From an uncultured Thermotogae bacterium (GTDB taxonomy: Bacteria > Bipolaricaulota > Bipolaricaulia > UBA7950 > UBA9294): a DNA stretch of 59,069 nt. Below the pieces are notes generated by a model, which saw only the letters and a list, made by a program, of their open reading frames with translations, was not told the DNA's origin and did not search any database. Of this stretch, positions 34,433 to 43,528 are shown in pieces. The DNA is taken from assembly GCA_964582975.1 (NCBI GenBank), contig CAZOUO010000001.1, positions 1 to 59,069 on the forward strand, written 5' to 3'. The number at the start of each line of letters is the position of its first letter. Position 1 is the stretch's first letter. A program made the position numbers and the translations under genes.

Positions 34433-35625
34433 CAGCTCCTGTCCTCTGGGTGGGGCATTCTTGCCCACACGAACTCAGCTAGATCCCTCACCTCCAAAGC
34501 GATCTGCTTTTTGCGAGCAGCGCTAGTCAGCACACGCTGGCATTGTGGGCAAGCGGTGACAAGAATACTAGTGCCAGTTTTTTGAGCATTTTCTAGACGC
34601 AGCGCTGCAATGTCTTCTGACAGCCCTTGGTTCAACAGGTCCAGATTGGCGCCGCCACCACAGCACATAGCGGCATCCTTATTCTCGTTCATCTCACGGA
34701 ATTCGACGCCTGGGATTTGAGTCAACACCGTTCGAGGCGCATCGTAAATGCCTTGCTTGCGACCCAAGTGACAGGGATCGTGGTAGGTGACTACAAGAGG
34801 CTCACCGGGATTCTGTTTCCAGGTAAGCTGACTTTCTCTGGTTGCAGCAGCCAGAAACTCTACGGCATGAAGAACCTCCACTTGGTCTGAGGGATAAGCG
34901 GTCTTCCAGGTGTGATAGCACAACGAGCAGGTTGTGATAAGACGCTTGATCCCTTGGTCCTCCAGAGCCTGTAGATTATGTGAGATTAAGGTATCAGCCG
35001 GAAGTCCAGCCGAAACAAGCGGGTACCCGCAACACCATTCTTCGCCACCGAGCAGGGCGAACGGAACCCCCAGCGCGTTCAAAATGTGACCAAAGGTCAG
35101 CGGGATGGTAACAAGTGAGGGATCAAAAGCAGAGCCACAGCCCACCCAGTAGACTGTGTCCGCGTCAGAGGAAACAAAGATGTCTTCTTCGGGATTCAAC
35201 CACAGGCATCTCTTATCATTCAGATCACCCAAGATATTGTGGGCTTGCTCGATGCGGTTCTTCAGATCTTTCAAAGATTGGGGGAAGGCGACGGTCTCAG
35301 CCAGAGCTTGACGCGCCATTGAGAAGATCTCTTCAAGGTGGACACCACCGGGGCAGTGTTGAGCACACAGCTGACAATCTGGGCAGAACCAAAGGGACGC
35401 CCCCACGGCATCCGTCAGCGGGATCGTCCTCTCAGCCACACCTCTCAGAAGTTGTAGGCGGCCCCGAGCGGTCACGCCTTCTCGGTGGAGGATCTCAAAT
35501 GTGGGACACGCCGCTTGGCAATAGCCACAGCAGGTACAGCGGAGCATCTCTTCATAGCAAGGCATGTCGGTTGGCAGCACTCGAATGTCTCCATTCTTTG
35601 CACAATGATTTTCATCAGTGCCCAC
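34432..35625 (-). CDS. (Fe-S)-binding CCG-domain oxidoreductase subunit, GlcF-like
   Basis: Two ferredoxin-type motifs are present (CCGYCQAACPTFE and CPDCQLCAQHCPGG), plus C-terminal CCG-type Cys motifs (MCCGGG, CPQC). AAGGAG precedes the GTG start. Confidence 0.8.
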   Translation of the reverse strand: MGTDENHCAKNGDIRVLPTDMPCYEEMLRCTCCGYCQAACPTFEILHREGVTARGRLQLLRGVAERTIPLTDAVGASLWFCPDCQLCAQHCPGGVHLEEIFSMARQALAETVAFPQSLKDLKNRIEQAHNILGDLNDKRCLWLNPEEDIFVSSDADTVYWVGCGSAFDPSLVTIPLTFGHILNALGVPFALLGGEEWCCGYPLVSAGLPADTLISHNLQALEDQGIKRLITTCSLCYHTWKTAYPSDQVEVLHAVEFLAAATRESQLTWKQNPGEPLVVTYHDPCHLGRKQGIYDAPRTVLTQIPGVEFREMNENKDAAMCCGGGANLDLLNQGLSEDIAALRLENAQKTGTSILVTACPQCQRVLTSAARKKQIALEVRDLAEFVWARMPHPEDRS

Positions 35626-35705
35626 ATTTTCTCCTTAACCGAGTTTCCGTATCGTAGCTGCTTTTCTTTTCAGGTACCTACAGGCGGTGGCTACTATTGG
35701 CTCCG

Positions 35706-37118
35706 TCAGAACAGTTTCCCTGGGTTCATGATCCTGTTCGGGTCCAGGACGGATTTGATCTTACGCATTAATTCAATCTCGTCGGATTTTGTTCTGGAGA
35801 GAATTCCCTTTTTCACAAACCCGATTCCGTGCTCACCGCTGACGGCTCCGCCAAGCTGGGCGGCCTCTATTGCTATGCGCTCTAGAATCTCTTCCGCCAT
35901 GCTCTTCCAACGGTCGGGGGACACGTCTGCGGGCTTCAGCGGTGCAGGGTGGATGTTCCCATCCGCTGCATGACCAGCGCAAGGGATCTCAACGCCATAT
36001 TCCTCCGACAGGTCACTGATCTTCTGCATCATGCTTGGGATCTCTGACAGAGGGACGACAAAATCGCCAGTGCTTACATACGGGTCGATCGCTTTCAGGG
36101 CTTCTAGCCAATTGCGGCGCATGTTCCAGATCTTCTCGGAGGCAAACTTGTTGTCGGCAACAAAGACCTCCAACGCACCGCTTTCCAGGCACGCATTGCC
36201 ACCTATCTCGTACACATCCTGCAGATCCTCCTTCGTTCGACCCTCGAGCTGCAAGATCAAATACGCACCCGCCTCATCCTGATACGGGAGCGTAGAATTC
36301 GTATAGGTGGAACAGTGAGCGACCGAAAGTCGGTCGATGAATTCGACCGCGACAGGGAGTTCCTTACTGGCCAACATTACCTTGGGCACCGCGTAGATTG
36401 CGTCTTTGACCGTCCGGAAAGGAACCAACAGGTCGGCAACCTGTCCGGGCTCTGGAATCAAGTTCAGGTAGATCTTGGTGAATACCCCAAGTGTTCCTTC
36501 TGAGCCGATGAAAAAGCGAAGAAGGCTGTAGCCACTTGAGTCCTTGCGACGCTTGCCGCCCATCTCGATGATCTCCCCCGACGGAAGGACGACTTCAAGG
36601 CCCAGTACGTGCGCGGCTGTCGCACCGTACTTGATCACCTTGGCTCCACCGGCGTTACAGGCGACGTTTCCGCCAACGAAACTCGATTCCACGCTCATCG
36701 GATAACCAGCGTAAAACAGCCCCTGTTCGGCGACCAGTCGGCAGAGGTCATTGGTGACCACACCCGGCTCTACAACGGCCACCAGGTTTATCGGGTCGAT
36801 CTCAAGGATGCGATTCATCTTCTCACACGACAGAACAATCCCGCCGTGAAGCGGGATCGCCCCACCAGCAAGGCCACTTCCTGCGCCCCGGGGCGTCACC
36901 GGTATCTTCTCGCGGTTTGCCAACTTCACAATCTCGCTGACCTGTTTGGTGGTGGTTGCCTTCACAACTGCCTCAGGCATCGCTGCATACAACGCGCCGG
37001 CCTCGTCCTTCCCGTAAGGCTCGAGCTGGTCGCGATCGTCGAAGATAACGTTTCGCTCACCGACGATCTGTTGTAGTTGCTCTACCACATCTCCGGTTAC
37101 TTCTTCATACTTATTCAT
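35706..37118 (-). CDS. FAD-linked oxidase (GlcD/LctD-like 2-hydroxyacid dehydrogenase)
   Basis: The start ATG 37118 (MNKYEEVTGDVVEQLQQIVGERNVIF) forms an ATGA overlap with etfA. It has a PCMH FAD-binding domain and a C-terminal GEHGIG motif. Confidence 0.8.
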   Translation of the reverse strand: MNKYEEVTGDVVEQLQQIVGERNVIFDDRDQLEPYGKDEAGALYAAMPEAVVKATTTKQVSEIVKLANREKIPVTPRGAGSGLAGGAIPLHGGIVLSCEKMNRILEIDPINLVAVVEPGVVTNDLCRLVAEQGLFYAGYPMSVESSFVGGNVACNAGGAKVIKYGATAAHVLGLEVVLPSGEIIEMGGKRRKDSSGYSLLRFFIGSEGTLGVFTKIYLNLIPEPGQVADLLVPFRTVKDAIYAVPKVMLASKELPVAVEFIDRLSVAHCSTYTNSTLPYQDEAGAYLILQLEGRTKEDLQDVYEIGGNACLESGALEVFVADNKFASEKIWNMRRNWLEALKAIDPYVSTGDFVVPLSEIPSMMQKISDLSEEYGVEIPCAGHAADGNIHPAPLKPADVSPDRWKSMAEEILERIAIEAAQLGGAVSGEHGIGFVKKGILSRTKSDEIELMRKIKSVLDPNRIMNPGKLF

Positions 37119-38134
37119 TTCAGCGAACCTTCCTTGGGCGGCGCCATACTCGACCGATCTAAGCGTTCGAGAAGAACCGGGATGATCTCGGCAAGGTCTC
37201 CCACAATTCCAAAGTCCGCAACCTTGAAGATGTTCGCTTCCGGATCTTTGTTCACTGCCACGACCACCTCTGACGAAGACATACCCGCGAGGTGATTTGG
37301 AGAACCGGAGATTCCAAGCGCCATGTACAGCTTCGGCGTAACCGACTTGCCACTGAGGCCGACCTGGTGAGCGTAGGACACCCACCCCTGATCCACCGCC
37401 GTCCGCGAAGCGCCGACTGCCCCGCCAAGTCTTCTGGCGATCTCAAAGGCCTGGGTGAATCCTTTTGCATTCTTAAATCCCTTACCACCAGCGACAACGA
37501 TATCTGCGTCTTGGATAGGCGCATCGCTCGTCGTGTCCGGGTCAAAGGCAAGGCGAACCACGCGAGCAGCAAAATAACTCTCGTCGAGCTGCTCTTCAAT
37601 TATCTCTCCTTGCCGTGAGGGATCTCGGGGAAGAGGCCGCTTCGACTTGGGTCGCACTGTCGCCATCTGGGGTCGATGCTTGGGAGTCTTAATCGTCGCT
37701 ATCACGTTTCCACCAATGGCTGGGCGGGTCTGCAATAACAAGCGCTCTTCTGTATCTATGGCCAGCCCGGTGCAGTCAGCAGTGAGTCCAGTGTGAATCG
37801 TCGCGGCCAGAACTGGCATCACGGTCCGTCCCATAGTCGTTGCAGAGGCAAGCAGAATCTCCGGGTGATACTTCTTGATCAGTGTTGCAAGAATACGAGC
37901 GTACGGATCGGCGCGGAAGATGCCGAGTTCCGGGTGGTTGGCTACTAAGACTTTGTCCGCACCACGATAGACGAGTTCTTGTGCATGGTCGATCACGGAC
38001 TGTCCGAGGATGACGCACGTCAGCTCCTCTCCCAGTTTGTCTGCCAGACCCCGTCCCCAGGCTAGTAGCTCGTAGGAAACTGAGTGAATCGTGCCATTTC
38101 GCTCTTCCCCCAGCACCCACACACCTCGATCCAT
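37115..38134 (-). CDS. etfA: Electron transfer flavoprotein subunit alpha
   Basis: 339 aa. The C-terminal FAD-binding region contains VVAGGKG...GASRTAVDQGW...QVGLSGKSVTPKLYMALGISG. Confidence 0.9.
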   Translation of the reverse strand: MDRGVWVLGEERNGTIHSVSYELLAWGRGLADKLGEELTCVILGQSVIDHAQELVYRGADKVLVANHPELGIFRADPYARILATLIKKYHPEILLASATTMGRTVMPVLAATIHTGLTADCTGLAIDTEERLLLQTRPAIGGNVIATIKTPKHRPQMATVRPKSKRPLPRDPSRQGEIIEEQLDESYFAARVVRLAFDPDTTSDAPIQDADIVVAGGKGFKNAKGFTQAFEIARRLGGAVGASRTAVDQGWVSYAHQVGLSGKSVTPKLYMALGISGSPNHLAGMSSSEVVVAVNKDPEANIFKVADFGIVGDLAEIIPVLLERLDRSSMAPPKEGSLK

Positions 38135-38152
38135 ACAGTCACCAAACCTTCC

Positions 38153-38956
38153 TTAGATGATCTGAGCTGATTTGAGGTACTCAATGAGTCGATCGACGCA
38201 CTCCTCCAAAGGTGTGGTCTCTGTTGATATGACCTCCCCTGCACGCGTCAGTGTCGGATAAGACACTCTGACCACCCGCGTGGGAGATCCACTCAGTCCA
38301 AGACAGGTGCAATCCGCTCCGATGGTCTCGGCCGTGAGCACTGGAACTTCGGTGCGTCGGGCAGTCATCTTGCCGGTCAAGGTCGGCAGACGCGGTTCGT
38401 TGATTTCCTTAACCACGCTCACCAGCGCAGGCGTGGGGCATCGAACCACTTCATGGCCACCTTCGACCGCCCGATGCGCGGCCAGACTACCGCCATCGTG
38501 TAGCTCGATACGGCTCACATACGTAAGTACGGGAAGATCGAGCATCGTCCCTACCATTGGCCCAACTTGCCCTGTCTCTCCATCGGTCGCTCGCTCCCCG
38601 CAGAAAATGAGATCGAACGTACCGAGATAAGAAACAGCTTTGCTTAACGCGTATGCCGTTGCCCACGTGTCGGCACCGGCGAACTCGCGACCACAGATCA
38701 GAAGGCCCTCGTCGCAACCCATCGCGATGGCTTCTCGAATTGCTTCGGCAGCCGTGGGTGGGCCCATCGAGGCGACCGTCACTCGTGGCTTCCCCTCGTT
38801 TTGTTCCTTGATCCGGATCGCTTCCTCTACCGCGTAGAGATCGAGTGGGTTGATCACGGCCTCGACACCGGTCCGGACCATCGTACCCGTCTCTTCATCC
38901 ATCTTGACGTTCTCTGTCGCAGGGACTTGTTTGACCAGTACCAAAATTCGGTTCAT
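38153..38956 (-). CDS. etfB: Electron transfer flavoprotein subunit beta
   Basis: Start ATG 38956 (MNRILVLVKQVPATENVKMDEETG), which overlaps the upstream stop (TAATG). Confidence 0.9.
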   Translation of the reverse strand: MNRILVLVKQVPATENVKMDEETGTMVRTGVEAVINPLDLYAVEEAIRIKEQNEGKPRVTVASMGPPTAAEAIREAIAMGCDEGLLICGREFAGADTWATAYALSKAVSYLGTFDLIFCGERATDGETGQVGPMVGTMLDLPVLTYVSRIELHDGGSLAAHRAVEGGHEVVRCPTPALVSVVKEINEPRLPTLTGKMTARRTEVPVLTAETIGADCTCLGLSGSPTRVVRVSYPTLTRAGEVISTETTPLEECVDRLIEYLKSAQII

Positions 38957-41019
38957 TAATTGTTCTCCCCTTCTACTCCTCCGAAACGCCGCTGACCATC
39001 TTGACACAGGGACCAGGCCCCCACGACCCAATCGACAACCGAGTGAAATACAGGAATGCCTTCCGTCTCGATGCGGGCCGACATCTGCTCTGTATAGGGC
39101 CCGCCAATCGATCCGCAGACGATCGGCTTTTCGTGCCTTCTGCGGAGATTGGAAAGCACCTCGACGATCTCCATCCCCAGAGCCGGGTCCTGGAACACAA
39201 ACCAGGGCATCACAATATCAACATTCCGATCGGCAAGAAGAGCATCGATGCCGAGAGCATAGTCACCAGCAGTTCCAGAGCCCGTGACATCGACGGGGTT
39301 CTGGACCAGAAAGTAGGGCGGATAGTTGCGCCTCATGCGATCGAGGGTTGCTGTTGTCAGTTCTCCTAACCGGAGGTCGTAATGATCGAATAGATCCATT
39401 GCTTGGATCATTGGGCCAGCGCCGTTGCTGATCATCGCCACCCTGTTACCACGGGCTGCTGGCTGCATGACGAGAGATTTAACTGCAGAAAAGAGGGCTT
39501 CAAGGCTGTCTACTGCAATGACACCCGCCTGGGTAAATACTCCTTTCCAAGGCCCGAACGTGCCTCCGAAGAAGCCGGTGTGGGAGATCGACGCACTGGC
39601 GGCTTGTGCTGTTCGACCAGACTTGTACACCACAAGCGGCTTTCGAGGGGTAACGTTTTGAGCAGCACGTAAAAACTTCCTGCCATCATTCAGTCCTTCG
39701 ATGTAGCAGGCTATCACCTCCGTCTCGGGATCGTCTCCCAGGTAGACAATTAAGTCCGCCTCATCCACGTCCAGACGATTGCCGTAGCTTACGAACTTGC
39801 TTACGCCAAGTTCGCAAGCTTGTTCCAAAAGCGTTGCTCCCACTGTTCCCGATTGCGTGAGTACGGCGATCTTCCCGGCCTTTGGTCGAATCATGCGCTC
39901 GCCCGTCTGAAAGAAAGTATCGAGCCGGTTCTTGCCGTTGAAGATACCGATGCAGTTGGGCCCTACGATGCGAACGCTGTGCATGTCCGCAACCTCGGCT
40001 ATTTCGCGCTCAAGCCTCAAGCCTTCCTCACCCAACTCCTTGCCGCCACCCGAAACGATAACCATGTTGTGGACCCCTTTACTCGCGCAATCACGAATAA
40101 CTTCGAGCACCGCAGACAGCGGAATCGCCACGACCACCAAATCGATCGGCCCCGGCACCTCGCTCACAGTTCGATAGGCAGACAGCCCCATCACATGCTC
40201 CTGCTTCGGATTGATGGGGTAGATCGTCCCTCGGTAACCCTGGTGTAACAGGCTGTGGACTATGCTGTATCCGATCTTCGCGGGATTGGTCGACGCTCCG
40301 ACTACTGCAACCGACTGAGCATTGAAAAATAAATCCAGATGCTCCGTATTGGGGAGAGGTTCGGAGGGTACGCGAGGACTTTCTTTCATCTCCACCTTCG
40401 CGTCCAGAACCCAGTGTTTGTCTCCGATCACAAGGATTGGGTTCAAGTCGATCGCGATTAGGCGATCTGCATGATCCATCGCCAGGTGGTTAGCACGGAG
40501 TAGCAGGTCAATCAGCAGTTGATCAGATACGCCGGGCAGGCCCCTGTATCCTTGCAGCACCCGGTAGCTAGAAATCTCCTGGATCATCCGCGCTGCCTCA
40601 TTCTTGTCCATTGGAAGAACGCGGAAGGTCACATCCTGCAAGACTTCTGCGAAGATCCCGCCGAGTCCAAAGACAATGATTGGACCAAACTGTGCATTGT
40701 GCTCCAGACCGATGAAGATCTCGTAGCCTTTGGAGTACATCTTCTCAACCCGAACCCCTTCAATTTGAGCTCTTGGAACCTTTGACTCGACCGAAGTCAT
40801 GATGCGCTCATAGGCGGCTAGGACTTGATCTGGAGAAGCGACATCCAATTCGACACCTCCCACGTCAATCTTGTGAATGATGTCCGGCGAAGCGATCTTC
40901 ATCACGACCGGAAAGCCAATTTCTTGAGCAATCTGAGAGGCCTCCGCGGGGGTCTTCGCCAATCGATGTTGGGGAAACTTGAACCCGTACCGCTCGATCA
41001 GTGTCTCGTACTCCTCCAC
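38956..41019 (-). CDS. ADP-forming acyl-CoA synthetase (acetate--CoA ligase family), fused ATP-grasp (beta) then CoA-binding/ligase (alpha) domains
   Basis: 687 aa. The N-terminus is ATP-grasp-like (GFPVVMKIASPDIIHKIDVGGVELDV). It is followed by the CoA-binding motif VAVVGASTNPAKIGY and succinyl-CoA-synthetase-like flavodoxin domains. Confidence 0.8.
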   Translation of the reverse strand: MEEYETLIERYGFKFPQHRLAKTPAEASQIAQEIGFPVVMKIASPDIIHKIDVGGVELDVASPDQVLAAYERIMTSVESKVPRAQIEGVRVEKMYSKGYEIFIGLEHNAQFGPIIVFGLGGIFAEVLQDVTFRVLPMDKNEAARMIQEISSYRVLQGYRGLPGVSDQLLIDLLLRANHLAMDHADRLIAIDLNPILVIGDKHWVLDAKVEMKESPRVPSEPLPNTEHLDLFFNAQSVAVVGASTNPAKIGYSIVHSLLHQGYRGTIYPINPKQEHVMGLSAYRTVSEVPGPIDLVVVAIPLSAVLEVIRDCASKGVHNMVIVSGGGKELGEEGLRLEREIAEVADMHSVRIVGPNCIGIFNGKNRLDTFFQTGERMIRPKAGKIAVLTQSGTVGATLLEQACELGVSKFVSYGNRLDVDEADLIVYLGDDPETEVIACYIEGLNDGRKFLRAAQNVTPRKPLVVYKSGRTAQAASASISHTGFFGGTFGPWKGVFTQAGVIAVDSLEALFSAVKSLVMQPAARGNRVAMISNGAGPMIQAMDLFDHYDLRLGELTTATLDRMRRNYPPYFLVQNPVDVTGSGTAGDYALGIDALLADRNVDIVMPWFVFQDPALGMEIVEVLSNLRRRHEKPIVCGSIGGPYTEQMSARIETEGIPVFHSVVDWVVGAWSLCQDGQRRFGGVEGENN

Positions 41020-41049
41020 AATAATAGGCTCCTCGTTAACGTTAACTGA

Positions 41050-42279
41050 CTATTCAGAATCGCTAATGGCGGTTTCGTATATGTCAACGAACTCTTCATC
41101 AGTGATCATCCGCCGTTCTTTGATCGATTTTGCTTTGATACGATTCACCATCTCCCGAACAACGTCATCCGAAGCGGTACGCCCAATCTGATCCAGGTGC
41201 CACAGCACGTTGTACTTCCCTGCCTTCTTTCCCATCACGATCCCGAATTGGTTACCGACCAGTTCTGGGAGGTAGGGCATGACGCCAAGGGGAAGCCCTT
41301 TCTTGAACAGCCGATACGAGAACATGGCTGCGATACCTACTTCGTACGCGAAAGCGTTCTTTCCGATAACTGGTTTGTGGCCGGGCATCTCGACACCCGA
41401 TGCCTCTTGAAATACTGCCGCCACTTCGTTCAGCTTCCGGAGATTGAGTCCCGTGTCGATGCCATAGAGGAATTCAAGCGCCACGGCCATCTCTTCAGTG
41501 GGCACCCCTCCTGAGCGTTCTCCAAGTCCGAGGATGTTGGTGTGAACGACTTCGGCTCCTGCCTCCACGGCGGCCAAGGAATTCGCCACTCCCAGGCCGA
41601 AGTCGTTGTGCACATGCATCTCAATTGGGATGCCTGCCCACTCCTTCATCTTGCGCACAAACAGCGCCGTTCCAGCAGGGTGGAGGCGCCCGAACGTATC
41701 GACAGCGGTGAGAGAATCGATGTCCGTTTCAGCAGTCACTTCCTGAATGATCGATTTCAGAAACTGAGGCTCTGCGCCGCTGGAATCGATCAGGAAGAAG
41801 GTGGTATGAAGTCCTTTTTTCTTCGCGTAATTGCAGGTGTCAATGGCCTTGGTGATGACGTCATCCTTCGCCCAGTTGTAGCCCTCTTCAATCAGCGTCT
41901 GATTGGAGGGAAGCTCGACAATTACTCCCCAGGCCCCTGCATCCACAGCAAGATCCACATCGCTGCGCATTCCGCGGCAAAACACGGCTACGTCCGCCTT
42001 AACCCGCTTTGCAACCTCGCGCACTGCATCGAAGTCGTCTTGGGACACGGCAGGCATCCCGGCTTCCAGTCTTTGGATGCCCAAATCGTCCAATGCCTCA
42101 GCCAGTCGTATCTTGTCTTCCTTGGTGAAGACCAATCCTGGGTATTGCTCACCGTCTCGGAGTGTAACATCGTAGATCGTTACCTTCTTTGGAAGGGACA
42201 TCTTTGTGTTCGCATCGTACGCCCACGGGCTAATGAAAGCATCGTCTGTGATCCATGGTCGCGCTTTGGCTTCGCTCAT
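41050..42279 (-). CDS. DRE-TIM metallolyase family enzyme (2-isopropylmalate/homocitrate/citramalate synthase- or aldolase-like)
   Basis: Start ATG 42279 (AGGAGG 6 nt upstream). It contains IYDVTLRDGEQ, HVHNDFGLGVANSLAAVEAGA and LGLGERSGG. Confidence 0.7.
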   Translation of the reverse strand: MSEAKARPWITDDAFISPWAYDANTKMSLPKKVTIYDVTLRDGEQYPGLVFTKEDKIRLAEALDDLGIQRLEAGMPAVSQDDFDAVREVAKRVKADVAVFCRGMRSDVDLAVDAGAWGVIVELPSNQTLIEEGYNWAKDDVITKAIDTCNYAKKKGLHTTFFLIDSSGAEPQFLKSIIQEVTAETDIDSLTAVDTFGRLHPAGTALFVRKMKEWAGIPIEMHVHNDFGLGVANSLAAVEAGAEVVHTNILGLGERSGGVPTEEMAVALEFLYGIDTGLNLRKLNEVAAVFQEASGVEMPGHKPVIGKNAFAYEVGIAAMFSYRLFKKGLPLGVMPYLPELVGNQFGIVMGKKAGKYNVLWHLDQIGRTASDDVVREMVNRIKAKSIKERRMITDEEFVDIYETAISDSE

Positions 42280-42370
42280 GCTACTCCTCCTCTGTTTGCT
42301 TTGGTTCCTATCATCTTTTCTTGCCTCCCATGCGATCTTTCTTTTTGCCATTTGCGCCTTCTGGGATGGT

Positions 42371-43528
42371 CTAGAAGAGATCCGGATCGATCTCGGATAA
42401 GCACTGACCAACCTTTACGGGAAGTCCTTCCCGGCGGAGGCAATCCTCGATCGCAACCAAGACGCTTACGGCATTCTCCGGCGTTGCCTCCGGCCCCATG
42501 TGTCCAATACGAAAGGCTCGCTCTCCTCCGGGTACGTTCGCCCCTGCGATCATGATTCCATGTTTCTCCGCCACGAAATCCCGCAACTTCTGCGTCAACA
42601 GCCCTTCTGGAAGGACGGCCGTGGTAAGCGTTGGTGAGGCGATCTCGTCAGGGACGAAGGGGCAAACTCCCAAACTGCGCAGCCCCTGCCGAATCAACAT
42701 TGAGACGCGTCGATGCCTCTTGAAACGGTTTTCCAACCCTTCATCCAAGACCATTTGCATGGCAGCCCGCAAGGAAAAGAAGTTATTCACCGCCATTGTC
42801 GTGAGGGTGGGATGCCAGTCGGCCCACTCGGAAGCCCGCTTTCGCCACTCGTTTAAGTTCAAGTACCAACCGTGCCCACCTGCGCGTTTGTCGAACAGCG
42901 ACCAGCAGCGAGGGTTCACTGCCACCAAACACAGTCCCGGAGGCGCCCCCAATGCTTTTTGAGACGCTGTTACACACAGGTCGATGCCCCAGTTGTCCAT
43001 CGCTAATGGGGCTCCACCGATCGATGAGACTGCATCGACCATTAGAAACGCATCGTGTCTGCGACAGACCTCGCCGTATTCGTCAATCGGGTTCAGAAGC
43101 CCTGAGTGCGTCTCGCAATGCACCACGGCGACGGAGCTTATCCCCCGTTGATTGCGCAGCAACTCATCCAGTGCTTCCGGAGCGATGGGTTGTTCGATTG
43201 AAAACTCGGCCTCTTCTACACGATCGCCATAACTTCTAGCGATCTTTGCTAGAAGCTTCCCGAATACTCCGTTTGTAGGTACGAGGGTTATCCCATCGTT
43301 GCTGGCCAGTTGCATCAGACAAGCATCCAGCCCGGCGCTCCCACTGCCGACCATGATGAACATATCGCCTGTCGTCTGGAAGATCTGCTTGGCCTGGGCG
43401 ATCGTATCCGCATGGATTTTCACCCAATCGCTTTCGTAATGCGGCGTCATCGGCCGCGACATCGGCTCTAAAACCTCCGCGCAGACCTCCACCGGCCCTG
43501 GTATCATCAGCTTCAATCGCCGCTTCAT
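42371..43528 (-). CDS. Class V aminotransferase (alanine-glyoxylate/serine-pyruvate aminotransferase-like)
   Basis: 385 aa with the MIPGPVEV N-terminus, an SQKALGAPPG PLP-Lys context, and an ATGA overlap with the upstream gene. Confidence 0.8.
   Translation of the reverse strand: MKRRLKLMIPGPVEVCAEVLEPMSRPMTPHYESDWVKIHADTIAQAKQIFQTTGDMFIMVGSGSAGLDACLMQLASNDGITLVPTNGVFGKLLAKIARSYGDRVEEAEFSIEQPIAPEALDELLRNQRGISSVAVVHCETHSGLLNPIDEYGEVCRRHDAFLMVDAVSSIGGAPLAMDNWGIDLCVTASQKALGAPPGLCLVAVNPRCWSLFDKRAGGHGWYLNLNEWRKRASEWADWHPTLTTMAVNNFFSLRAAMQMVLDEGLENRFKRHRRVSMLIRQGLRSLGVCPFVPDEIASPTLTTAVLPEGLLTQKLRDFVAEKHGIMIAGANVPGGERAFRIGHMGPEATPENAVSVLVAIEDCLRREGLPVKVGQCLSEIDPDLF

Noticed and set aside
37110-37145. 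Apparent 1-nt inconsistency between my hand translation and the ORF track at the etfA / FAD-oxidase junction, seen as a possible frameshift.
   Set aside because: Both track ORFs are continuous and agree with each other. Anchors on either side (35625 and 37385) check out. The discrepancy is most likely my manual base counting, so I trust the track coordinates.
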